From an uncultured Rhodoplanes sp. (GTDB lineage Bacteria; Pseudomonadota; Alphaproteobacteria; Rhizobiales; Xanthobacteraceae), in assembly GCA_964616635.1 (NCBI GenBank), contig CAZTTL010000001.1, positions 1 through 40,905 of the forward strand: 40,905 bases of DNA. Reading direction: 5' to 3'. The notes beneath the pieces were generated by a model. It was given only the letters and a program-made list of their open reading frames with translations. It was not told the origin of the DNA and made no database searches. Below, piece by piece: positions 27,520 to 36,160 of this stretch. Every line of letters starts with the position of its first letter. The first letter of the stretch is position 1. A program made the position numbers and the translations under genes.

Positions 27520-29577
27520 TTACGCTTGGACCGGCGTCGCGTGAAACTCGACGACGAGTTCGACTGTCCCATCTTTCGGATCGGGCGGCAGGCGGTCCGT
27601 CGGGATCTGGTAATCATCCAGGTTCGCCTGATCGAGCTTGTCGGTGACATTCACGCCATTGGCGTTCACCGATGCGATCCGCACGCGGCCCGGCGGCATG
27701 AAATCCGGCAAAACGTTGATCGATGTCTGATCGCTTCTGCTGCCGATCTTGAAGAAGAGGCAGAAGCTGTTGTCGCTGCTAGCGCCGGCGGAGACGTGGG
27801 CCCGGGTATAAAGGTGGGCGAGGTAGGCCAGCTCGAAGGCATGATAGCCGATGGCGTGGCTGCTCCTCATCCCATATTGGCCCGACAGGATAGGCAGGCC
27901 GTTTTCCGTGGTCCGGAAATAGTAACCCTGATGCTCGCGATCCAGGAAGAACACGTTCCAGAATGCGGAGCATTCCCGGGCGAGCTGCAGGTAATGCGGG
28001 TTTCCAGTGGCACCGTGCAGGATTAGATAGGCGAGAATGCCTTGCTCCTGCTGCCAGAAATCCTTCGTCGTGCCCCAGGCAAATTGGGTCGGCATGCCGC
28101 CGGTCGGATTGCGCTCGACGGCGTCGTAAATGCCGCCGCGTATCTTGTCGAGCCCCACCTCAGCCATGCGATCGGCGAGCTTTGTCGCGACTTGCAGGCA
28201 GCGCTCCGCGCGGCGATCATAATCTTCTGCTTCCTGCGCTTTGCCGTGGTTCCGCATCCACTTGGCGCGGGTCTGGAAATAATAGGCGCAGCGCGTCAGG
28301 TTCCAGGCGATTTTCAGGTTATGCCCGACAACGGCCCGGTTCCTTTGCCAGCGATAGGTAAGATCAGGATTCCACTCCGCGTCGAAGCGCTCGACCACAT
28401 AATCCGATTTGTCATCGGGAAACTTTTCACAGATCAGCTCGGATACTTCCTTGAGAATGATGTGGCAGACGTCCAGTAATGGTTCGAGGGTCTTGCGCAC
28501 CTCGCCCTGCGGCAGCGGCTCCAGCGACAGGATCAGATTGACGAGATAGGCTGGAACGTGGTCGCCAACCGAGTTCCAGTTCTTCCGCGACCGGTTCCCA
28601 GCCGCCGCTGTCCCGTCCCGCATCGTGTCGGGCCGCATCGTTGCGGGATCGAGGTGCGAGTAATAGCCGCCCTTGCCCGCGAACCCCTTCGACGTCGCCT
28701 CCGGCGGATCCCAGAAAAAGTCCTGGAAGCTGTTGATGGTACGCCGAATATCCTCCAGGATCTCCCATTCGAGGGTGATGCGATAGAACTGCGTGAGTCC
28801 TGCGAGCGCATAAATCTGTTCGTAGAGCGGCACCGTGCCGACATCGTCCGGACCGAGCGAGGCGAACAACAGAGCTTCGCCGCGCTCGCCCTGAATATTG
28901 CGTCGCCGACCGTATGCCCAAAAACAATATCGGCCATCGTGGCTCAGGCTGCGGAAGGCCTCGCGCAGGTAGTCCGCCGCGGCGCGGGCCGCCAACAGAT
29001 AGCGCTCGGCGCCGGTCATCAGATAGGCGGACGACAAATCATAGAGCAGCCGCGACAGCACGGCGCATTCCTGCACCGTCTCGCTCGTTCCCTCGCCCAG
29101 GATGTTCAAATTCGTCCGGTAGAACTTCGAGAAGTCGTCGATGGTGTAGCTGCGCCTGGCATCAAAAAGATGATCAAGGATGCGATCCGCCATTTGGGTC
29201 GTTTGCGTCGGCCACCAGTGCGTTTCCTCGAACATGTAGCGGGCAGGATCCGAATGCAGCAGGTAAACGTTGCGCGCCTCGAACCGCTCTTTCCCATCGT
29301 TTTGCTGATAAATCCCCTCCACAATCACCGGCCGGTCCGCGACCGCATACCGATGCAGGTTGCGCATTACTTCGTCAGCAATGCCCTGCGGTTCGGGCAC
29401 GCGATTGCGGTCGAGATTGTCGAGATTTGTAACGACCGAGTAGTACGTTTCCGAGCCGACCACCGCCTCGAACACGTCGCCGCTACGCGCGCGTAAGCTG
29501 AAAGAGGGCTTCGTTGCGTCGATTGAAATAACCGAGCCGGCCACGGTCATCGCTTGATTGAAGCTTTTCAGAGACAT
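27520..29577 (-). CDS. AGE (N-acylglucosamine 2-epimerase) family alpha6/alpha6 barrel protein with N-terminal beta domain
   Basis: SRL.Y..S.AY, LYEQIYALAG, NWNSVGDH, VVGHNLKIAW, KDFWQQEQ and GYHAFE motifs of the AGE/cellobiose-epimerase fold. Start likely ATG 29577. Confidence 0.8.
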   Translation of the reverse strand: MSLKSFNQAMTVAGSVISIDATKPSFSLRARSGDVFEAVVGSETYYSVVTNLDNLDRNRVPEPQGIADEVMRNLHRYAVADRPVIVEGIYQQNDGKERFEARNVYLLHSDPARYMFEETHWWPTQTTQMADRILDHLFDARRSYTIDDFSKFYRTNLNILGEGTSETVQECAVLSRLLYDLSSAYLMTGAERYLLAARAAADYLREAFRSLSHDGRYCFWAYGRRRNIQGERGEALLFASLGPDDVGTVPLYEQIYALAGLTQFYRITLEWEILEDIRRTINSFQDFFWDPPEATSKGFAGKGGYYSHLDPATMRPDTMRDGTAAAGNRSRKNWNSVGDHVPAYLVNLILSLEPLPQGEVRKTLEPLLDVCHIILKEVSELICEKFPDDKSDYVVERFDAEWNPDLTYRWQRNRAVVGHNLKIAWNLTRCAYYFQTRAKWMRNHGKAQEAEDYDRRAERCLQVATKLADRMAEVGLDKIRGGIYDAVERNPTGGMPTQFAWGTTKDFWQQEQGILAYLILHGATGNPHYLQLARECSAFWNVFFLDREHQGYYFRTTENGLPILSGQYGMRSSHAIGYHAFELAYLAHLYTRAHVSAGASSDNSFCLFFKIGSRSDQTSINVLPDFMPPGRVRIASVNANGVNVTDKLDQANLDDYQIPTDRLPPDPKDGTVELVVEFHATPVQA

Positions 29578-29699
29578 GAGAACCCCCACTTCCCTCGACG
29601 CCCAACACGAGACGGCTGATAAGCCGATCACGCGTCCTGCGAGGAACGACAGCGTTCCAAGCGGCGTAAGCGATCGACAACTCCCTCGCATCGCCCGTG

Positions 29700-30180
29700 C
29701 GGTGCCGCGGCGACTTACCGCTGCGTCGCGTCGACGACCGGATTGCGTACTTCTGATGACTTTGTGCGAGCCGCTGGTCCGTGGTTCAAAGCACCCTTTA
29801 AACGGGACCTCGAAAAATAAGACCTATTTTTCACCGCATTTCATTTTAAGCGTCATTCGATGCTCGCACATCTCGGACTGCCTATCTAAGAACATTTTCG
29901 TGAAAGCATCGCTGCGCTGATAGCGAACCATATAAAACCCACTGCCGCAGAGCTTTGTAATAGGTGGCTCGCTAACGTCACGAGGCGACTGATCCTCTAT
30001 GAGACTGTGAAGTAAATCACATTCTCGTTTTCGTTTATATACTTGCACTCACTAAACTTCTGGTTTAATATTACCCACCGTTTGCATTGGCGTTTGGGCT
30101 CGGTTGGTCAAAAAGCCGCAAAAGTGTGCGAACCAAGCTGACCAAAACGCGCCTATCATAATTTAGCTAATTCGCATCTC
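29700..30180. promoter_or_regulatory. AT-rich divergent promoter region; candidate sigma70 promoter TTGCAC-N17-TAATAT at 30043-30071 (+)
   Basis: Marked drop in GC between two divergent transcription units. Inverted repeat TTGGTCA (30104-30110) / TGACCAA (30139-30145) upstream of the TIR gene. Confidence 0.4.
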
Positions 30181-31452
30181 ATGGGAGAAAGCCAAATGGG
30201 CGATCAGTGGTTGGACCTCGCACCTAAGCCAGATGCGCTCCCGCCAGAAAAAAAATGGCACGTCTTCATAAGCTACCGCTCCGTGAACCGACCTTGGGTG
30301 CTGGCGCTATATGACGTTCTGAACGGGCTTGGCTACCAGGTCTTTCTCGATCAGTACGCGCTGACGGCGGCAGCCCCGCTCGCTATTGCACTTGGCGACG
30401 CGTTAGATGCCAGTGCCGGCGCAATCATGATCTGGTCCGGTTCCTATGAGGATTCAGAGTGGTGCAAGGCCGAATTCGCCAAGTTGGAGACCATGGAGAA
30501 ACAGAAAAAAGGCTTCCGCTATGTGATCGCTCGGATCGACGACTCGGATATTCCAGGCTTCGCCGCAATAAAGCTCTGGATGGACTTTTCAACGCAACCG
30601 GAAGGGCCCGCGGGTAGCGGCCTGTTGTCGCTCCTGTACGGGCTGAAGGGCCAGCCGCTCCCTCCCGCGGCTGTCAAGTTGGCGGCGAAGGTCGATGCGC
30701 AGATGAAGGATGGCCTCTTCAGCGTCAGAGCGGCTCGCGATGCAGGGGACGTCGATATGCTTGTTGCGCTTACGCAAACTGACGACCTGGCATGGACGGG
30801 ATCGCCAATGCTGAAATGTGCGGCTGCCGAGGCGCTGATCGCAATGAAAAAAATTGACGAGGCGATCGCGGTCCTGGATCAGGTCGAAGCTGCGTTCCCC
30901 AAGGCGCTGCGTCCAAAGCAGTTGCGAGGCCTGGCACTGGCGCGCAGCGGACAGACCATTCAGGCGCAGTTGGTACTGGGGAAGCTGTACGCCGCGGGGG
31001 AGATCGATCCGGAGACTGTCGGCATTCTGGCGCGCACCTGGATGGACCGCTATAGGCAGTCGGGCGACCGACTTTTCCTTCTGAAGTCGCGTGACCTTTA
31101 TCGACAGGTCTTCGAAGCCTTCCCGTCGGACTATTACAACGGGATTAATGCTGCGTCTAAAAGCTTATTAGTCGGGGAAAGGGAAACGGCATCCCAACTC
31201 GCGGCAAGAGTGCAGAAAATTGTTGGGGATACGCCGGTGGCTACCGACTATTGGAAGACCGCGACAGCTGCGGAAGTGCAACTGCTGCAGGGAAATTATA
31301 ACAAGGCAGCCGAATTGTATCGGGCCGCAGTCGTGTTGGCGCCGGGTGACAAGGCGAGCCATGAGTCGACATATGCGCAGGCGAAGCTCCTACTGGAGGC
31401 CCTCGGCGCTTCCAACGAACAAAAAGCGGCGATCGATTCAGCGTTTCAGTGA
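30181..31452 (+). CDS. TIR domain + TPR-S (DUF4071 / MAP3K TRAFs-binding-like) protein
   Basis: HVFISYRS, VFLDQ, SEWCKAE (catalytic Glu retained). C-terminal DPETVGILARTW...Y...FE....YYNGINAAS...DYWKTATAAE..LL is characteristic of TPR-S/DUF4071. Confidence 0.88.
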   Translation: MGESQMGDQWLDLAPKPDALPPEKKWHVFISYRSVNRPWVLALYDVLNGLGYQVFLDQYALTAAAPLAIALGDALDASAGAIMIWSGSYEDSEWCKAEFAKLETMEKQKKGFRYVIARIDDSDIPGFAAIKLWMDFSTQPEGPAGSGLLSLLYGLKGQPLPPAAVKLAAKVDAQMKDGLFSVRAARDAGDVDMLVALTQTDDLAWTGSPMLKCAAAEALIAMKKIDEAIAVLDQVEAAFPKALRPKQLRGLALARSGQTIQAQLVLGKLYAAGEIDPETVGILARTWMDRYRQSGDRLFLLKSRDLYRQVFEAFPSDYYNGINAASKSLLVGERETASQLAARVQKIVGDTPVATDYWKTATAAEVQLLQGNYNKAAELYRAAVVLAPGDKASHESTYAQAKLLLEALGASNEQKAAIDSAFQ

Positions 31453-31753
31453 AACTTTGCACTGAACGGGCGCTGGGGTGAGGGCCGCGTACATCCGTGA
31501 GCGAGCGCGTTGCCAACCGAACCCATCGGGCGTCTCGTTCGACTAGAAACAAACGGCACGCGCAAATATGCGGGCGAATAGGCACCGCTTAGGAATGGCA
31601 CCGGCCTCCCTTTCACGAAGCTATGAAGGTCAACTTGTACGCCGGACCTAGCGAAAAAAGATGTAACTCATATACAATCATTGTGCAGGTGTCAGACCAT
31701 TTGCACGCAAAGCTTCCCAGATTTTGTCGGTACTGAGCGATTGGGAGCTGCGA

Positions 31754-34105
31754 ATGTCCTATGTCCAACGCTACAATGTCTTGATCGCGTCCCCGTCCGA
31801 CGCCGAGCGCGAGCAGGTCTTCAACACGATGGCTACCTGGAACGGTAGCCTTGGCAATGTCGACCGGCCCATCATCTTCGTGCCACTGATGTGGGAAAAG
31901 CACGCGATCGCCGACGCCGACAAGGCCGCGCAGTCGGCAATTAACGACCAACTTCTCAGCCGCGCCGATCTCCTTCTCGCTGTATTCAACAGCCGGCTCG
32001 GCACGCCTACAAACGATTATCCGGCAGGTACCGTCGAGGAACTCAGTTGTCGGAAGGGCCGAGCCGCCGTCTTCTTTCACGACCGACCACAGCTCGATCC
32101 GCGCGCGGACGGGCTCGAACAGCTGACAAAGCTCATCGATTTCCGAAGTAAATTCAAAGGATTCGCGCGAACCTACAGCGACCGCAATGATCTTGCGGAT
32201 AAGATACGCGACCAGCTCGATGGCTGGTCAAGGCAACTCGACACGGATGACGGCATCCCGTTGGTTGCGCGGCAGGCTCCCTGGTTGTTTGATGAATTCA
32301 CGTCTCGTTTTGGACAGCAGGACAAGCCAGTCAACCTGCTCTACTTCAATGTCGAGCTCACCACCTTTCGGTCGCCCGATGTTTTTGCGGAGCGATGGGC
32401 TTTCATCCAGCAGCTTCCTTCCATCAGGCGCGTGATGTTTCTGCTGCCGGAATACAAGATCGACCGGCTGCGACGATTTCTGCCCGCACTTGTGAGCGGC
32501 GGTCAGGAAACACTGCTCCAGAAATTCCACGTCTGCTCGCAAAAGGAAGGCTCGCGTTCTGCCCGTTTCCGCGTCAGTTCCAGCCTGGCATTCGCATTGG
32601 CCTGCCATGGCCACGATATCGACGAGACGCAGGATTGTCTCCCGATTGCCAGCCTTGCGATCCTTTCCGAACCTTTTTCGTCTGCCAACTACCAAGATGC
32701 AGACCCGGATATTCAATGGAACTATAACTATTACGTCTCGGTGGGTGACAACGCCATTTTTACCACGCTGCGCCGGATCTGGCGTGAGTGGTATGAGGAG
32801 CCGCGCGCGATGCCGGTGCTGAGCCTTTTGACTCAGGCCCAGAGTGAGGATGTCGTCGATCGCGCCTTGAACGATCGCATCCAGACGTTTCCGAAGCCGC
32901 CGCTGAAGAACGAAGAGAGCTACCGGCTCATCAACCAATTGCGCGCGAAGCTGTTCGATCCCAATGTGCCGTCATACTTGTTGAATGGGGTTTTCGAGCT
33001 ACTCGACTGGAATCCGGCATTTGAGGTGATCTTTCCGACGAACCGCTTTTATCGGAACATGAGCGTCAAGGAATTTGTCGACTGCCTCGACAACAGCACC
33101 GACGTAAAACGCCGCGGTCTCGAGCTCGTGGATTCCTCGGTGCCTCTCGATATGGAGGAGTTGCGCTACACCTCGCCGGTGTACGGAAAGATGCAGTTCA
33201 CCAAGATCGCCTCCCGGGTGGTCGATCCGATGACCCAGGAAACCTGTGGCTGGATCGTCGCGCTAAATGTCAACGACGCCGAGCATTGGCAAGTCTACGA
33301 GGATGACCTCAAGCGTACCAACGAGGAGCAGTCGCTGATCGGTTTGTATGCGCCGGCGGCGGAGCGCGTCCTCAGTCACTTTCCCGGCTATATCGCCTTG
33401 GTCGACGCCCATGTCGATGCTCATCGCCACGCCAATGGCGACGCCAAGCGCCACTTTCGGAGATTGCTTGATCTCGGCTCCGGCCCCGGTGTTCTCACTG
33501 AGAAGCTGCTGACTGCCGGCATGGCCGTGACCTCGATCGACATCAACGATGCGATGATCGAGATCACCCGGCGGCGGTGCGGTGGATTCCCTGCCTTCTC
33601 GGCCGTAAAAGCCAATGTCGAACGGCTGCATGCGCCGAATGAATTCTACGACATGACCAAGATCGGCATCACTCGCCTTTATGATGGCGCCTGCATGCTG
33701 AACCTGTACCAGTGGCTGCGCGATCCGGCGGGTGTGCTGCAGCGGCTGGTGCAGGACGAATTGCTGGCGCCCGGCGCCATGCTCACCATCTCGCTCCTCT
33801 GCGGGAAAAGCGAGATCGAGGAGTTGTTCCGTGCGCTCAACTACCAGAAGCAGGTCGAGCAAGCCCAGCAGGCAACCCGTCAAAAAAAATTCGACCTCTG
33901 GGAGCCGATGGACTTCGATCGCTTCTCCACAGTAATGCGGCAGTTCATGTCCCGAGGGCTTGGGCGGCTGAGTGCCGAAGTCGTGGCAGGGCATCTCAGC
34001 GCAGCGCGTTACCGGGTGGTCGAGCAACGCCGGGTCACCTACAAGATCGAAGGTCAACAATTCGACGGCTTCCCATTCTTTGTCGCCGAGGCGCCGCGTG
34101 ACTGA
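31754..34105 (+). CDS. DUF4062-like (TIR-like) + unknown domain + PAS + class I SAM methyltransferase fusion
   Basis: VLIASPSD...WE....Q..IN..L...DL....F..RLGTPT....GTVEE (DUF4062-like); PSYLLN..FELLDWNPAFE (PAS); LLDLGSGPG (SAM motif I). Start ATG 31754 with GGGAG RBS. Confidence 0.8.
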   Translation: MSYVQRYNVLIASPSDAEREQVFNTMATWNGSLGNVDRPIIFVPLMWEKHAIADADKAAQSAINDQLLSRADLLLAVFNSRLGTPTNDYPAGTVEELSCRKGRAAVFFHDRPQLDPRADGLEQLTKLIDFRSKFKGFARTYSDRNDLADKIRDQLDGWSRQLDTDDGIPLVARQAPWLFDEFTSRFGQQDKPVNLLYFNVELTTFRSPDVFAERWAFIQQLPSIRRVMFLLPEYKIDRLRRFLPALVSGGQETLLQKFHVCSQKEGSRSARFRVSSSLAFALACHGHDIDETQDCLPIASLAILSEPFSSANYQDADPDIQWNYNYYVSVGDNAIFTTLRRIWREWYEEPRAMPVLSLLTQAQSEDVVDRALNDRIQTFPKPPLKNEESYRLINQLRAKLFDPNVPSYLLNGVFELLDWNPAFEVIFPTNRFYRNMSVKEFVDCLDNSTDVKRRGLELVDSSVPLDMEELRYTSPVYGKMQFTKIASRVVDPMTQETCGWIVALNVNDAEHWQVYEDDLKRTNEEQSLIGLYAPAAERVLSHFPGYIALVDAHVDAHRHANGDAKRHFRRLLDLGSGPGVLTEKLLTAGMAVTSIDINDAMIEITRRRCGGFPAFSAVKANVERLHAPNEFYDMTKIGITRLYDGACMLNLYQWLRDPAGVLQRLVQDELLAPGAMLTISLLCGKSEIEELFRALNYQKQVEQAQQATRQKKFDLWEPMDFDRFSTVMRQFMSRGLGRLSAEVVAGHLSAARYRVVEQRRVTYKIEGQQFDGFPFFVAEAPRD

Positions 34106-34811
34106 CGCAGCCGCTTGCGCCGGAACGAGGGCCTGTGACGCGATCGCCTGGCACGGAAGAACCATCGAAGCGCGATGTCTGATGTCGAATGAGCTGACCG
34201 ACTGCTACCTGCCTCTACGGTACGATGTGCTACGCCGCGAGTTGAACTGGACCATCGGTAATGTGAACGGGCCGGCCGATCTGCGCGACGCTTACGACCG
34301 CGACAGTATTGCCTTCGGTATTCTCACCGCGAGCGCTCAGCTGATCGGTGCCTCGCGGTTGATCTTACCGGCGCCGGGCACGGATGTGCCGTCGGTCCGC
34401 CTGCTGCGATCGCTGGGGCGGCAACCACGCTTCCCGCTCCCGGCAGCGGAGATATCGCGAGTCATGGTGCGCGAAGATTGCCGCAGGCTCGGGCTGTTTC
34501 GCATCCTGCTGTTATCGGGCCTGCTGCTCGCGGGGAGTGCCAAGGTCCGCACCTTGATCCTGTCCGAGCGGGATGATGCGCGCTCCGCCCGTGTGATGGC
34601 CAATTGCGGATTTGTCCGCTTTGCCGATGGCTTTGCCTTTGTTGACGAATTGATCGCGCCGGACGAGCCGGCGGCGACTTATGTGCTGGATCTCTGCCGC
34701 AGTTTCGGTCCAGAAACGCGGCAGGCGATTGCTGCCCACCGGCAGACGCTGCTGCGCGCTGCGGATGGATTATTTGCAGCGAATTTGGCGGACCATGCCG
34801 GACCGGCGTAA
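34098..34811 (+). CDS. GNAT-fold acyltransferase, LuxI/FeeM (autoinducer / N-acyl amino acid synthase)-like
   Basis: LRYDVL..ELNW, RDAYD, IGASRL, AEISRV mirror the conserved LuxI residues. The GTG start overlaps the upstream stop; an alternative ATG lies at 34182. Confidence 0.7.
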   Translation: MTDAAACAGTRACDAIAWHGRTIEARCLMSNELTDCYLPLRYDVLRRELNWTIGNVNGPADLRDAYDRDSIAFGILTASAQLIGASRLILPAPGTDVPSVRLLRSLGRQPRFPLPAAEISRVMVREDCRRLGLFRILLLSGLLLAGSAKVRTLILSERDDARSARVMANCGFVRFADGFAFVDELIAPDEPAATYVLDLCRSFGPETRQAIAAHRQTLLRAADGLFAANLADHAGPA

Positions 34812-34914
34812 TCGATTCGGGGCTGGTCTCCTGGCCCTCTCTCTCAGCCCTATGCCTCGCGACCCTACTGAAGCTGGCCTCATCCACCAGGACCCTTGAT
34901 TGTCGGACGCCGGC

Positions 34915-35640
34915 TCAGATCGAGGCTGAGAGCAGCAGTGACTGGCCGGCATAATGATCGTGCGTGATGTGCGTAATGCGTTTAAATCCGGCGTCGCGGA
35001 CCAAGCGACAAATCTCGTCACTGGATAGCCGGTGCAGCATGGACGCGAGGCGCTCATGGTTGAACCCGCCGAGCACGGCGAAATCAGCTACCAACCCGTC
35101 AAGTTGCTGCGCCGCAGCCAGGTCTAGTTCGAGCTGACGAAGCAGTGCACCGAGATCGGTCCGTTCGTCGGGGTTGGAAAGCCGAAGCTCACCGCCGCCA
35201 GGGCTCAGGCACGCCGCGATCATGCGAAGCGTCGCCGCCGGGTCGTCCACCAGATACAAGACGTTGACGAGAAAAACGTAGTCCGGCCGCAAGCTTTGCT
35301 GGGTGAGCCACGGGAAGATGGTCATCAGGTCGGCTTCGAGGAAGTACACGGTGCCGGGTTTCGCGACCGGTGATAACCGGTCGGCGAGCTTCTTGCGGAA
35401 AAACTCCGCCATAGTCGGGTCACTGTCGACCGCCACCAAAGTCGCCGCGGGGAGCAGATCGGAGATCGATCGACACAGATTGCCTGTTCCGCAGCCGCAA
35501 TCCAGGATCACGGTATGATCGCGCAGCAGCGGCAGCGGCCCGGTGGAGCCGAGCAGGTCCGTGATCAATGCCTGATAAGTCGCTGTCCGGCGGAGGACCC
35601 GATCGTAGGCATTAGCATATGGGGACCAGTCGAGCATCAT
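34915..35640 (-). CDS. Class I SAM-dependent methyltransferase
   Basis: WSPYANAYDRVL, ILDCGCGTG, VAVD, NVLYLVDDP..TL...L.PGG. The ATG at 35640 has a GGAG RBS. The N-terminal ~100 aa of the 346-aa ORF is IS-derived, and the gene might be 5'-truncated by the IS. Confidence 0.85.
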   Translation of the reverse strand: MMLDWSPYANAYDRVLRRTATYQALITDLLGSTGPLPLLRDHTVILDCGCGTGNLCRSISDLLPAATLVAVDSDPTMAEFFRKKLADRLSPVAKPGTVYFLEADLMTIFPWLTQQSLRPDYVFLVNVLYLVDDPAATLRMIAACLSPGGGELRLSNPDERTDLGALLRQLELDLAAAQQLDGLVADFAVLGGFNHERLASMLHRLSSDEICRLVRDAGFKRITHITHDHYAGQSLLLSASI

Positions 35641-35661
35641 GGCAATCTCCATCGTATTGCC

Positions 35662-36160
35662 TGTGTTTACCAGAAACTCAGGCTCGAACGTATTGGTGGT
35701 GCAGCCCGCCGACGAGCGCGTGAGACGCAATGCATCCGGTCCGCTGAACTGGACGCGGCGTCGGGGAATCAAGGAACGATATGTCCGCGTCTCATTGTAA
35801 TAAGCTGCGTAAGGGCGCAGGAGGCAGCGCAACTGCTGCTCACCCAACGCCACCACGTGGTCAGCGCATTCGCGGCGGATCGAGCCAATCAACCTTTCGG
35901 CAAAACAATTCTGCCACGGCGATCCCGGCGAAATCGGCTTGTCGCGGATGCCCATGGCCCGTAATCGGCGCCCGACAACGCTGCCGTAGACCCCGTCGGG
36001 ATCACGGATCAGGCAGCGGGGTGCCTCGTTTTAGGGGAATGCTTCGGTAATCTGCTGCGCAATCCATTCCGCCGTCGGGTGGCTCGTCACATTGATCCAC
36101 ACAAGGTCTCGCCGTGCGAGCCGGACAATGCCAAAGGCATAGAGCTGGTCAAATCCGATG
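35662..36160 (-). pseudogene. Integrase-core (rve) transposase remnant with right end
   Basis: The minus strand reads FDQLYAF...VTSHPTAEWIAQQITEAFP*NEAPRCLIRD...AMGIRDKPISPGSPWQNCFAERLIGSIRREC...GGLHHQYVRA*, with an internal stop and a frameshift. Ends ...GGTAAACACA at 35662. Confidence 0.85.

Noticed and set aside
13929-34165. Long antisense ORFs (e.g. 13929-14837, 16331-17158, 19644-20597, 24694-25905, 28558-29496, 33263-34165)
   Set aside because: They are shadow frames opposite well-supported genes in GC-rich DNA and have no recognisable motifs.
34915-35955. 346-aa integrase-methyltransferase fusion protein
   Set aside because: The N-terminus is a decayed IS remnant read through its terminal repeat, and the methyltransferase has its own RBS and ATG at 35640.
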